Assembly: GCA_963733035.1 (NCBI GenBank)
Contig: CAVTBU010000005.1
Location: 1,120,001-1,184,000, forward strand
DNA: 64,000 nucleotides
Direction of reading: 5' to 3'
From: Pirellulales bacterium
GTDB taxonomy: Bacteria > Planctomycetota > Planctomycetia > Pirellulales > PALSA-1355
Shown here: piece by piece, positions 42,695 to 52,900 of the stretch
How the letters are laid out: each line of letters opens with the position of its first letter
Numbering within the stretch: the first letter of the stretch is position 1
Notes under the pieces: generated by a model
What the model was told of the DNA's origin: nothing
The model's database searches: none
What the model saw: the letters and a program-made list of their open reading frames with translations, nothing else
Position numbers and translations under genes: made by a program

Positions 42695-44141
42695 ATGCGC
42701 ATCGTTTTGTGGGATACGCGAAAGCTGGATGTGGCCAAAGATTTCGCCGGGGGCTACGGCGTCGGCCAATTTCCCGGTGGGGGCGGAGTGGGCGGTCGCC
42801 TCGTTCGTCACTTTTTCAAGCGCGACTACCGACCCACGGCGTTGATCTTCGCCTATCTCGCGGCGATCTTCCGCAAGCTTGGACACAAGGTCGAGTACTG
42901 CGCTCGACGACGTGCCGGCCGGCGCCGACGTGTACGTTTTCAACCCGTCGCTCATCACGGTACCGCTCGAACGTCAGGCAATGGCCCAGGCGCTAGCGCA
43001 AAACCCCGGATGCAAGGTGCTGGTCACCGGGGCGGTCGCGCATTCGATGAGCGAAGCCTTTGAAGGGCTGGACGTGACCATCGTTCGCGGCGAAGGCGAA
43101 CAGCTGATGTGGAAACTGGACGACGTGCTCAATGCCCCCACTCGTACGGTCGACGTCGGGAAAGTGGACGACCTCGATCGCCTGCCGTTCCCCGACTGGT
43201 CTCTGTTTGCACATAAGAAGTTCCGCATCGGGTTTGACTTCACGCAGTTCCCCACCGCGTTGATTCAACAGAGTCGAGGTTGCACCCTGAAGTGCAATTA
43301 TTGCCCGTACATAATCATTGAGAATTCAACCCGCGTTCGCTCGCCCGAAATGGTAGCCGCGGAAATGCGGGCCGGCGTGCAGATCTACGGGTTCCGCTCG
43401 TTCAAGTTTCGCGACCCGTTGTTTGGCGTGGACCGCAAGAAGATCTTCCGGTTGGCCGAATTGATCGGGGCGCTCCCCAAGAAGATCGAGTTTTCGATTG
43501 AAAGCCGCATCGACTTGTTGCGCCCCGACGTGCTCAAGGTATTGCGCGAAGTAGGCCTGACGAGCATCACGGTCGGCATCGAAACGCCTTCGGAAGAGAC
43601 TCTCAAACGTTATCACCGGGCACCGATTCGCGACGACAAACAGCGCGATTTCGTGCTCCTGTGCCGCTCCTTGGGCATTCGCACCGTGGCCGGCTTCATG
43701 ATCGGTTTTCCGGAGGACACGGAGAAGACCATCCTCAACGTTCTCCGCTATGCGAAGGCGGTGAATCCGACATTCGCCAACTTCAACGTCGTGACCCCCT
43801 ACCCCGGCACGGAGTTCTACGAGGAAATCAAGTCGCAAATCGCGACCTTTGATCCATCGCAATACACCGTCTATACGCCGGTGCTGAAGTACCGCAACTT
43901 GACCTCAGAACAAGTGGCCGAACTGCACGCCAAGTGTTTTCTCAGTTACTTCTTCCGTGGACGCTGGTTCTGGGCCAATGGTCCCGTCGTGTGGCCCTGG
44001 TTGCAGAAGTTCGGCCTGAAACTGCCACCGATTCCGGAAACCGCCACGCACGCGCACGTGGGTCCGCCAAAACCGCACACGGGACTGAACGTCCTCGACG
44101 GCGGAGATGTTCCGTCGTCCGACCAGCGTAACGTGGCCTAA
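42695..44141 (+). CDS. B12-binding-type radical SAM protein, frameshifted near 42900
   Basis: RGEGE, SRGCTLKCNYC (CxxxCxxC), GIET, MIGFP, TPYPGT. Confidence 0.85.
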
Positions 44142-44153
44142 CCCCGCAGGCTT

Positions 44154-44504
44154 TCAATAGAAGAATGTCGTGCCGATCACGACCAATGCCGCAACCACGG
44201 CAAACCAGGTGATCGACACAGGTGGCGGCTGCTGGCGGAACTTCAGCACGCAGCCCAGCAGCACGAGCGAGAGTACCGCCGCCACGAAACCGCTGAAGTG
44301 CAGCAGCCGCGCGAACAGGCGTGGTGCGTCGGCACCCGGGCGACCGCCGAGGGCCAGGAAAATCAGGCCAGCCATCGCGCCGCAGAGTACGGTCGTGATC
44401 ACCGACATCGTCCAGGCCACCGTTAGCGCATCGGCTGCCCTGGTTTCAGCGCCAATGGCTCGCGATCTTTCCAGCGGCTTTTGCCGCGACTTCTTTCTGG
44501 CCAC
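44154..44504 (-). CDS. Hypothetical three-TM membrane protein
   Basis: Three hydrophobic segments, AAGGA RBS before GTG. Confidence 0.65.
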   Translation of the reverse strand: MARKKSRQKPLERSRAIGAETRAADALTVAWTMSVITTVLCGAMAGLIFLALGGRPGADAPRLFARLLHFSGFVAAVLSLVLLGCVLKFRQQPPPVSITWFAVVAALVVIGTTFFY

Positions 44505-44584
44505 AACCGCAGTTTCCTTTGAGAGCGCTCGGTCCCGCCGACTGTCATCATAGGCGCGACGGCGCAAGCTCGCCAAGCGGCACG

Positions 44585-44621
44585 AAAATGGCCCGCGAAA
44601 CTCAAGTAGCTTCGCGGGCCA
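44585..44621 (-). terminator. Intrinsic terminator after Cys-rich gene
   Basis: TGGCCCGCGAA...TTCGCGGGCCA hairpin followed by TTTT on minus strand. Confidence 0.65.
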
Positions 44622-44655
44622 GATTGGTACGGGCGACGTGTCGAGGGACGATTGA

Positions 44656-45123
44656 TTAACGTCCCCAGGTGGTGACGATCAGGTCGCCGCAGTGTTTGAA
44701 TGCCACGCGAACGCTGAAACCGCAGCACCATTCGTATTCCACGACGTCGCGGCCCAGAAATCCCGACCCGCAGCAGATTTTCGGCTCGCCCTCGCAGCAG
44801 GCGGGCAAGCAAACCGGCACGTCCGTTTCGCATCCGGTGCAGGGGTCCTTGACCTTGAGCGTGATTTCCGTTGGCGGTTTGCAACAGCCGCAGCAGAGCT
44901 TCGGTCCGCGGTGGCGATAGGTAATGCAAGGTTTCGGGCAGCACGCCGGTTCGGGCGTGCAGCAGCTCGGTTCCGGCTGGCCGCAATCGCTGGTTGCCTT
45001 TGACAGGCTGGTCAACTGGGCATCCGCGCGGCGCAGGGTGCGGGCATGGGCATCGTCAGCAGCGGCCCAGGCGAGCGTGGCACCTACGGCGACGGCGATC
45101 AACAAACTTCGTTTCAGCAACAT
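44656..45123 (-). CDS. Secreted cysteine-rich protein
   Basis: Signal peptide; 20 Cys, mostly CC pairs. Confidence 0.8.
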   Translation of the reverse strand: MLLKRSLLIAVAVGATLAWAAADDAHARTLRRADAQLTSLSKATSDCGQPEPSCCTPEPACCPKPCITYRHRGPKLCCGCCKPPTEITLKVKDPCTGCETDVPVCLPACCEGEPKICCGSGFLGRDVVEYEWCCGFSVRVAFKHCGDLIVTTWGR

Positions 45124-45513
45124 CGATGTCTCCTAAGTCTTTCTCTCTCTTGGCAAGATCCGTTTACCGCCTCAATCGGTTACCCACAAAGTTCCCACAT
45201 TTTCTGTTTTCCGCAAGGTCCTCCCAAGTCCCGCAATCGACTCATCAAGCACAACGTCTTTCTAGAAAATAGCTTACTGCCGTCGTTGGGCGTTAATTTT
45301 GTCCTTGCTGGAACTTGCAAGTCCGGCTTGTTAGGGGGCAGTGAGGACGACTTTTGCCGAGTTCTGGGATGTGACCTAGATTTCCCAAGGCGGCGCCACG
45401 CTCCGCGCACGTCTGGACGGGGGCCGCCGTGCGCCAGGTCTCATTTCCCCGTGGGCGGATGCTATGGCGGCAAAACTCGCGTTGTCGCCCTTGATGAAGC
45501 ATTGGGTTTGAAT

Positions 45514-48039
45514 GTGTCGGTCGACCTCTCAATACCGCTGAAAGCCTTTGGACGCCCGTTGGAGGAGTCGATCCGCGAGTTGCGCCGCGGCTACCAGTCG
45601 GTGACGGATTGCCTGGAGCAGGCCCTGACCGACTGCGAGCTCCGAGGCAGCGAATTGGCCGATTGCCGACGGCAGCTGGCCGAGGCACGTCGCAGTCTGT
45701 CGGAATGCGAACGGCAAATTGCCGAGCGAACGCGCGCGGAAAACGAATTGACCAACCGTTGCAACGCGATCAAGAAGCAACTTGACGAGAAGTGCGCGCA
45801 ACTGGCCCAGGCGAACGAGCGAATCATCCACATTCAGGGCGAGTGCACGCAAGGGAAACAGCGGCTGGAAATGGCCGCCGAACAAAGCGAACACCTGCGG
45901 GCACAGATTGCTCGCCTGGAAGCCGACCACCGCGAGAGTCGCGAAGAGCTTTCACAACTTCGAGGTCAGTTTGCCCCGTTGGCCGAAGCCGCCGCAGAAG
46001 CAGCCCAGTTGCGCGGCCAGCTAGCCGCCGCGCAGGCCGACTTGGAGCGACTCCGCGAACAATCGGCCAATGCCAGCGACAACGGCGAACTCCAGACGCA
46101 ACTCGCGGCGGCTCAATCCGAACGCCAGGATCTTCACCAGGAGCTCGAATCACTGCGGCGCCGCGCCGCCGAATTGAACGAAACGCTTGCCGAACAGAAA
46201 CGCCAGTCCGACGCCGAACGGGACCGTTGGAGCGAGGAACTGCGGCACATGCGGCAAGTTCTGGAACGGCAAACCGACGCCTGGACACAGCGCGCCACAC
46301 AGGCCGCCGACGACGCGGCAGCGTTGGCCGCAACCCGCGAGCGACTCGCACAAGCCGAAGCGGAAATTGCTCAAGGCAAAGAACGCCTGCAAGTCCAGTC
46401 GGAACAGGGCGACGAGTTCCGCCAGGAAATCACACGGCTCGAGTCGCAACGTGAGTCCGCCAGAGAAGAACTCGCGCAATTGCGGGCGCAATTCGGTCCC
46501 CTTTCGGAAAACGCGGCTGAAGCGGCGCGGTTGCGTGGCGAACTGGCGGCGGCACAGACCGAAATCGCGCGGCTCCGCGACGAATTGACCAGTCCGGCCG
46601 AGGCGGCGGAGCTGCAAGAAAAGCTGTTCTCGATGCAGAACGAGCGGCAGCAATTGCAAGGCGAGTTGGAATCGCTGCGCCGCCGGGCCGGCGACCTCTC
46701 GGACGCCCTGGACGAACAAAAGCGGCTGACCACGACGGAACGTGAGCAATGGAGCGACGAGCTGCGACACGTCCGTGAATCGCTCGACCGGCAGTCGGCG
46801 GCGTGGGCCGAAAGGGGCGATCAGACGGCTCACGACGCGCAGGCCCTGGCCGCGGCCCGCGAACGTGCGATCCAACTCGAGGCCGATATCGCCCAGGCGC
46901 ACGACCGGCTGCAACTCCAGACGGAACAAAACTCGCAACTTCGCGAAGAGATTGCCCGACTCGAATCGCATCGTGAAGCGGCTCGTGAAGAGCTGTCGCA
47001 GCTCCGCGGTCAGTTTGCGCCGCTCGCGGAAAACGCCGCCGAGGCCGCCCGGTTGCGCGGCGAACTGTCGGCAGCGCAGGGAGAAATCGAGCGGTTGCGG
47101 GCGCAGGTCAGCAGCCCGGCGGAAGCGGCGGAAATCGAACAGCAACTCGCGGCCAGCCAAACCGAACGTCAGCACTTGCAGGGCGAACTGGAAGCCTTGC
47201 GCCAGCGTGCCGGCGACCTGGCGGAGCAATTGGCCGAACAGCAACGGCAGGCGGCCGCCGAACGAGACGCCTGGGGGGAAGAGCTGCGGCATCTTCGCGA
47301 AACGCTGGAGCGGCAGTCGGAAACCTGGGCGGCTCGATCGGGCCAGGCCGACGACACGGCCGCCGTCGTCGAATTGGCAGCGACCGCCGCCCGGCTCAAC
47401 GAGGCTCAATCCGAGTTGGCCCGAAGCCGCCAACAGTTGCAGGAGCAAATTGCCGCCAACGACCAACTACGCAGCGAAATCGAGGCGTTACGGGCCAACG
47501 GACAGGCCGCGCAACAGGAGCTTGACCAACTGCGCGGGCAAGCAGCGCCGCTGGCCGAAGACGGCGCGGACAGCGAAACAGTGCGCGGCCAGTTGGCTGC
47601 CGCGCAGGCGGAAATTGCGAGACTCAACGAGCAGCTTGTCGACCTGCCGGACAGGGACTCGCTAGAAGAACGCATCGAGGCAGCCGAAAACGAACGCCAA
47701 CAACTCGAGAACGAGCTCGATCTGCTGCGACATCGCGGCGCGGAATTGGTTGAGCAGTTGGCCGAGCAAAAACGGACGGCGGCATCCGAGCGGGAGAGTT
47801 GGAGCGAGGAATTGCGCCAATTGCGGAAGGCCGTGGAAATGCAGTCCGAGGCGCTTGCCCATCGCGGCAGCGCGTCGCCGGCCGCGCCCGCTGCCCCAGT
47901 CGGAAACGTAACGGAACGACCAAGTCCGCCGACCCCGGTCGGATCGCGTGCGGACGACAGCGTGCTTGGCTCGGTGATGGAGCAGTTTGAGTCGCTACAG
48001 AAAAACAAGGTTCGCAAGTTCGCGAATCCAAAACGATAA
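45514..48039 (+). CDS. Long coiled-coil protein with four ~174-aa tandem repeats
   Basis: Repeat anchor QF(A/G)PL(A/S)E at 45967, 46489, 47011, degenerate QAAPLAE at 47539; E/Q/A/L/R-rich; start codon uncertain (GTG 45514). Confidence 0.85.
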   Translation: MSVDLSIPLKAFGRPLEESIRELRRGYQSVTDCLEQALTDCELRGSELADCRRQLAEARRSLSECERQIAERTRAENELTNRCNAIKKQLDEKCAQLAQANERIIHIQGECTQGKQRLEMAAEQSEHLRAQIARLEADHRESREELSQLRGQFAPLAEAAAEAAQLRGQLAAAQADLERLREQSANASDNGELQTQLAAAQSERQDLHQELESLRRRAAELNETLAEQKRQSDAERDRWSEELRHMRQVLERQTDAWTQRATQAADDAAALAATRERLAQAEAEIAQGKERLQVQSEQGDEFRQEITRLESQRESAREELAQLRAQFGPLSENAAEAARLRGELAAAQTEIARLRDELTSPAEAAELQEKLFSMQNERQQLQGELESLRRRAGDLSDALDEQKRLTTTEREQWSDELRHVRESLDRQSAAWAERGDQTAHDAQALAAARERAIQLEADIAQAHDRLQLQTEQNSQLREEIARLESHREAAREELSQLRGQFAPLAENAAEAARLRGELSAAQGEIERLRAQVSSPAEAAEIEQQLAASQTERQHLQGELEALRQRAGDLAEQLAEQQRQAAAERDAWGEELRHLRETLERQSETWAARSGQADDTAAVVELAATAARLNEAQSELARSRQQLQEQIAANDQLRSEIEALRANGQAAQQELDQLRGQAAPLAEDGADSETVRGQLAAAQAEIARLNEQLVDLPDRDSLEERIEAAENERQQLENELDLLRHRGAELVEQLAEQKRTAASERESWSEELRQLRKAVEMQSEALAHRGSASPAAPAAPVGNVTERPSPPTPVGSRADDSVLGSVMEQFESLQKNKVRKFANPKR

Positions 48040-48075
48040 GGCGCCGTCCCCAAATCAGGCGAGAGTGAGGCAACC

Positions 48076-49233
48076 ATGCGATCAAGCGACTCCACCAGTC
48101 ACACCAATCTTCTGTCGCGACTGCCGGAATGGTTCGGCGGTCTGCTGGCGACCGCCTCGGGAGCCACCCGGGCCAGGAAGCACGACGAGGCGGCGCTCGA
48201 AGCCGCGGTCGTGGCGGCGGTTGAACAGGATGACGAATCACCGATGACGATTGAAACCAGTCACGAAGTACAAAGCGTGGTCGACGAAATGCTCTCGCAA
48301 AGTCGCTACGCGCTGCTTCTGCGACCACAGTTGATCGGCAACCTTTCTCCGGAACAGTTGGCCCGCACGCGTGCCGCATTGGCCGACGGGATGTGCCTGG
48401 TTCCCGAGGGGGAGGTCGTGCTTCGTAAAACCTATCGGACCGAAGGCGACCAAGAGGCGCCTGACGGTCCCCTCTTGCGACTCAACGCCTACTATCTCGA
48501 CCGCTATCCCATCACCAACGCTCAGTACCACTGCTTTGTCGCCAGCGGCGGATATGAGCAGATGTCGATCTGGGATCCGGAGATTTGGGCCGCCCTGCTC
48601 GACTTCGTCGACAGCACGGGTCACCCGGGCCCGCGTTTTTGGCGCAACGGCCGCTTCTCCCGCGGCGAAGAACATCACCCCGTGGTGGGCGTGAGCTGGT
48701 ACGAGGCGGTCGCCTACGCTCGCTGGGTCGGCAAGCGACTGCCGAGCGACGCCGAATGGGTCAAAGCGAGCAGTTGGCCGGTCTTGATTCCCGGACATCC
48801 CCTGATGCTCAGGCGGTATCCGTGGGGCGAGGCCATGGACCGCTCGCGGGCGAATTTGTGGGGTTCGGGCCCGGGACGCACCGTAAGCGTTCACGAGTTT
48901 CCCAGTGGCGTTAGCGTCGGTGGCGTGCAGCAACTCATTGGCAACGTCTGGGAATGGACGGTCGACGCGTTTTCGTTCCCCGATAGCGACGCGGGCGCCA
49001 GCGTACAAACCAAAATGAAGAGTCTGCGGGGCGGGGCGTTCGATACGTATCTCGATTGCCAGGCAACGTGTCACTTTCAGAGTGCGGACGTCGCACTTTC
49101 GCGGAAACACAACATTGGTTTCCGCTGCGCGATTAATCTTAGCGACCTGGCTTCGCGGCGCGACGATGTCAATGAGGAGTCGAGCGCGGCGGAAGAACCG
49201 TCGCAAACCCCGATTGCGGAGAACCAGTCATGA
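48076..49233 (+). CDS. Formylglycine-generating enzyme (FGE/SUMF1) domain protein
   Basis: YP.TNAQY, HPVVGVSWYEA.AYA.W.GKRLP, YPWG, GNVWEW, RGG, GFRC motifs. Confidence 0.92.
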   Translation: MRSSDSTSHTNLLSRLPEWFGGLLATASGATRARKHDEAALEAAVVAAVEQDDESPMTIETSHEVQSVVDEMLSQSRYALLLRPQLIGNLSPEQLARTRAALADGMCLVPEGEVVLRKTYRTEGDQEAPDGPLLRLNAYYLDRYPITNAQYHCFVASGGYEQMSIWDPEIWAALLDFVDSTGHPGPRFWRNGRFSRGEEHHPVVGVSWYEAVAYARWVGKRLPSDAEWVKASSWPVLIPGHPLMLRRYPWGEAMDRSRANLWGSGPGRTVSVHEFPSGVSVGGVQQLIGNVWEWTVDAFSFPDSDAGASVQTKMKSLRGGAFDTYLDCQATCHFQSADVALSRKHNIGFRCAINLSDLASRRDDVNEESSAAEEPSQTPIAENQS

Positions 49234-50141
49234 ACCGCGGCGTTGCATTGGAATTGGATTCACTGCGTCTGGCGCATTATGGCAACCAGATTTCGTGCCT
49301 GATTTGTGGCGAGGGCAACACGCCCGACGCGGAGTCCTGCCGGAACTGCTATGCCCCGATGATTCTGGCTCACCAGGCGCAATCGAAGGCCACCAAGCCC
49401 ATCATGTTTGGTGCGCTGGGACCGAGCGGTGTCGGCAAGACCGTCTATTTAGGAATGTTGCTCGACATGCTCTCACGGCAGCCCAAGCACTTGCAATTGG
49501 CGGCCCGGGGCGGGTTTTCGGTAACGCTTCAGCACAGCACGCTGGCGGCGCTTTCCAAGTGCGAGTTTCCGACGAAGACGCCGAATGAACCGGACCGCTG
49601 GAATTGGGTGCATTGTCAACTGCGCAGCCCCAAACAGCGCCAGCCCATTGAAATGGTGCTTCCCGACATGGCCGGCGAGGCGTTGTTCGAGGAAGTCGAA
49701 CATCCGCATTCCTATCGGGTGATTCACGCGCTGCTCAGCCGCTGCGACGGCGTGATGATTTTGATCGACGGCACAAAACTGCAGTCGGGCTCGATCGATG
49801 AGGATTACTTCACCATGAAGCTCCTCAGCCATCTGACGGAGCTACAGACCGACATCCGAAATCCGTGGTCTTCGCGGCCGGTGGCACTGATCTTCAGCAA
49901 AGCAGATCAATGCGAATCGTGCTTCGAGGACCCGGCCGCCTACGCGAAGCGCCATGCACCCGGATTGTCGCGCATTTGCCAGCAGAAGTTTCAGCGTCAC
50001 CGCTTTTTTGCGGCGGGAGTTGCCGGAGCGTGCGCCACTCGCCCCGTGCGCGGAGGCGGACAGCAAAAGGTTCCGCTTCGCGTCGAGCCTCGAGGAATCA
50101 TCGAGCCGTTTGAATGGCTCGTCGACAGCTTGCGTTCGTAA
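49230..50141 (+). CDS. Zn-ribbon + TRAFAC-class GTPase (double-GTPase-2-like)
   Basis: CLIC/CRNC; G1 GPSGVGKT, G2 PTKT, G3 DMAGE, G4 SKAD; ATGA overlap with upstream gene. Confidence 0.85.
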   Translation: MNRGVALELDSLRLAHYGNQISCLICGEGNTPDAESCRNCYAPMILAHQAQSKATKPIMFGALGPSGVGKTVYLGMLLDMLSRQPKHLQLAARGGFSVTLQHSTLAALSKCEFPTKTPNEPDRWNWVHCQLRSPKQRQPIEMVLPDMAGEALFEEVEHPHSYRVIHALLSRCDGVMILIDGTKLQSGSIDEDYFTMKLLSHLTELQTDIRNPWSSRPVALIFSKADQCESCFEDPAAYAKRHAPGLSRICQQKFQRHRFFAAGVAGACATRPVRGGGQQKVPLRVEPRGIIEPFEWLVDSLRS

Positions 50142-50234
50142 CTTGCGTGGTCAGACCGATGCATACGTTTTTGACTCGCCGGGACTGGCCCGACGGTGAG
50201 CCGACGCCGAGACAGACCTTCAGCGAGACAGCCC

Positions 50235-51566
50235 GTGCTTATAGAACAAGCCGTTTTCACATCCGCCAAAACCGACCGGGCCGAAGGCTACCAACTGCTG
50301 AGTCGGAGCCCGAACCTCACCGAGGCCGACGCGCGCGAGATATCCTTGTGGGCCCCGTCGCACGGTTCGCTGCTCGAACTGCCGGGCGAACGCTCGAGCG
50401 CGAATTTCTTTCAATTGTCGAGCGGTTCGTTTTGCATCTCGCGGACGACCCGCGCCGGCGCGGAGTATAGCGGTCGCGGCGAATCGATCTACACGCAGTT
50501 CCTGGTCGTACCGCCGGACTTGATGACGAAGTTTGCGAACAATCCATTTGCAATTCTGCGAGCCGCGGCGGCCAGCGGCAGTCTCTGCGTCCACGAGAAC
50601 GTTCCTGAGACGCTCGATCCGCTGCACTTGGGCGGCCGAGCGCCGGTCGTCGACTTGGGGCTGATTGCGCAGCTGGCCCGCGATCCTGGTCCGGCCGCCA
50701 TGGCCACGCTCGTGCAAGCGGCGTTGGCCAGCGATCGCCTGGCGATCTATTCGAAAACGCCGTGTGAACAGCTGATCGCGGGACTGTTTGACGTGCTGCC
50801 GGTCGAATGTCGCCCCGGCTTTTCGTTCAGCACGGGTCTGAAATATTCGCCCAGCCGTCCGGTTCGATTGCTGGCCCTGCCGCCTGATGAATCAACGTGG
50901 CGCTTCGTGGGTCGCCAGGGCGTCACGCTGGTGCGTCTCGACGACGTGTTGTCGACAAATGTTGGTTGGGAAGGCTGGGCCGCCTGGATCGCGGGGGTTC
51001 TTCATTCGGGAAAACTCTCCGTGCTGGCCTCGGAGCTCGAGCAATCGCGCCCTGGGCTCAGTTGCGACGATTTGGATCAGCTAGGCGATGCATTGCAAAG
51101 GGCACTGGGGGCAGGCCACGCCCAGCCGAACCCTGGGTCCAAGCCAAAGCCTGCCAAACCGGCACGCAAAAAGCGTCGCACGGACACCCACTCGCAACAG
51201 CGCGCCGACCAGGCTCATCCGGCGCATCAGTCGAGCGTGATGGTCGAAGACGCGGGGCGAGCCAAGCAGCTGGATACGCTGGCGGACAAGTTGGCCGAAC
51301 AGCCGGCCGAAATCCTGGAGATGCTCGAACGAATCGACGACCTGGTATTCGCCGCCATCTCCGGAGACACCAGCGCATTGGCGGAACTGGAAGTGCTGTG
51401 GCCCCTGACCGCTTCGGAACTCGAGCCCGAGCTGGTTGAGCAAACCCGCGAACAGTACCTGCGTTGTACGCTGGCCATCTGCGGCGACTTCTCGGAAGGA
51501 GAATCGCGCAGCCCGGAACGAGCATTGGCGGCGGTCGACGTGCTGTGCGTACTGTTTGAGGAATGA
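50235..51566 (+). CDS. GAP1-N2-like (GTPase-associated protein 1) domain protein
   Basis: EQAVFTS...GYQLLSRS..., G.EYSGRG..IYT motif pattern, later FSFST; adjacent to GTPase. Confidence 0.7.
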   Translation: MLIEQAVFTSAKTDRAEGYQLLSRSPNLTEADAREISLWAPSHGSLLELPGERSSANFFQLSSGSFCISRTTRAGAEYSGRGESIYTQFLVVPPDLMTKFANNPFAILRAAAASGSLCVHENVPETLDPLHLGGRAPVVDLGLIAQLARDPGPAAMATLVQAALASDRLAIYSKTPCEQLIAGLFDVLPVECRPGFSFSTGLKYSPSRPVRLLALPPDESTWRFVGRQGVTLVRLDDVLSTNVGWEGWAAWIAGVLHSGKLSVLASELEQSRPGLSCDDLDQLGDALQRALGAGHAQPNPGSKPKPAKPARKKRRTDTHSQQRADQAHPAHQSSVMVEDAGRAKQLDTLADKLAEQPAEILEMLERIDDLVFAAISGDTSALAELEVLWPLTASELEPELVEQTREQYLRCTLAICGDFSEGESRSPERALAAVDVLCVLFEE

Positions 51567-51570
51567 GCCG

Positions 51571-52710
51571 CTAGCCGCAGGCGTCGATCAATTCCCAAAA
51601 GCTGTCGAACAGATAGTCGCTGTCGTGCGGGCCGGCCGACGCTTCGGGATGGTACTGCACGCTGAAGGCCGGCAACTCGCGGTGCCGCACCCCTTCGATC
51701 GTCTGATCGTTGAGATTGCGATGCGTTACTTCCAGGCAGGCCGGCAGGTTGTCCTCGCGAATGGCAAACCCGTGGTTTTGCGAGGTAATCTCCACGCGGC
51801 CGGTTTGCAGATTCTGCACCGGTTGGTTCGCTCCACGGTGACCAAACTTGAGCTTAAACGATTCGGCTCCGCACGCCAGGCTCAACAGCTGATGCCCCAG
51901 GCAGATGCCGAACACCGGGGTCTTACCCAACAAACTCTGAATCGTGGCAATCGCATACTCCAGCGGTTCAGGATCGCCGGGGCCGTTGGAAAGAAACACG
52001 CCGTCGGGCCGGAGCGCCAGCACCTCGCTGGCGGTGCTTGTGCCGGGTAGCACGGTTACCTGGCAGCCCTGATTACAAAGGTGGCGGGCAATGTTCCATT
52101 TCATCCCGTAGTCGAGTGCCACAATGTGCCGCTGTTGGCCAGATTCGGCACGTCCGGTCGGCTCGCCCGGCACGGGCAACTTCGACCACGCGCTGAGCTG
52201 CTCCGTCCAATGGATGGCCTGTGTTGGCACGACTTCACTCACCAGGTCGCGGCCCACCAAACCGGGGCTGCTCTTGGCCTTGGCCACCAGACTCGCATCG
52301 TCGAGATCCGTGGTCGACAGCACCCCCTTGAGGGCGCCGTGCTGGCGGATGCGGCGAACCAGGGCCCGGGTGTCAATGCCCGTCATACCGACGACCCCAA
52401 ACTTCGCCAAATACTCTTCGAGTCGGCCCGCCGAGCGAAAGTTGCTGGCAACGTTACTGCGGTTGCGGACCACGAAGCCGGCGAGGTGGGGGCGTGCGCT
52501 TTCGACATCCTCTTCGTTGACCCCGTAGTTACCGATTTCGGGATAGGTCATCGTGACGATTTGGCCGCGATAACTGGGGTCCGTGAGGATTTCCTGATAC
52601 CCGGTCATCGACGTATTGAAGCAAACTTCGCCGTCGACTTCTCCTTGGGCACCAAAAGATTGACCGGTGAAAACGGTTCCGTCTTCAAGGGCGAGTTTAG
52701 CGACTTTCAT
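51571..52710 (-). CDS. carA: Carbamoyl-phosphate synthase small subunit
   Basis: FNTSMTGYQE, SNGPGDP, GICLGHQ, SQNHGF, QYHPEA. Confidence 0.97.
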   Translation of the reverse strand: MKVAKLALEDGTVFTGQSFGAQGEVDGEVCFNTSMTGYQEILTDPSYRGQIVTMTYPEIGNYGVNEEDVESARPHLAGFVVRNRSNVASNFRSAGRLEEYLAKFGVVGMTGIDTRALVRRIRQHGALKGVLSTTDLDDASLVAKAKSSPGLVGRDLVSEVVPTQAIHWTEQLSAWSKLPVPGEPTGRAESGQQRHIVALDYGMKWNIARHLCNQGCQVTVLPGTSTASEVLALRPDGVFLSNGPGDPEPLEYAIATIQSLLGKTPVFGICLGHQLLSLACGAESFKLKFGHRGANQPVQNLQTGRVEITSQNHGFAIREDNLPACLEVTHRNLNDQTIEGVRHRELPAFSVQYHPEASAGPHDSDYLFDSFWELIDACG

Positions 52711-52900
52711 AGACGTCTCAGCTGGTTCGATCCAGCGTGATGCTTCCTGCGAGGTAAAAAAAACGGTTTGAATCGATGGAGTGCGCGGGCGACAGTCGGC
52801 CTGCTAAAGTTTCTGTTGGTGCTAGCCCGATACGGTTCTTACGGCTGTGGGTCTCCGGTGCCGGCAAAACCTAAGTTGCCAACCCCGGACAGCCAATGCG

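Noticed and set aside
45181..45230. CCCAC/CCCA repeats as MraZ boxes
   Set aside because: Only two well-spaced short copies; could arise by chance
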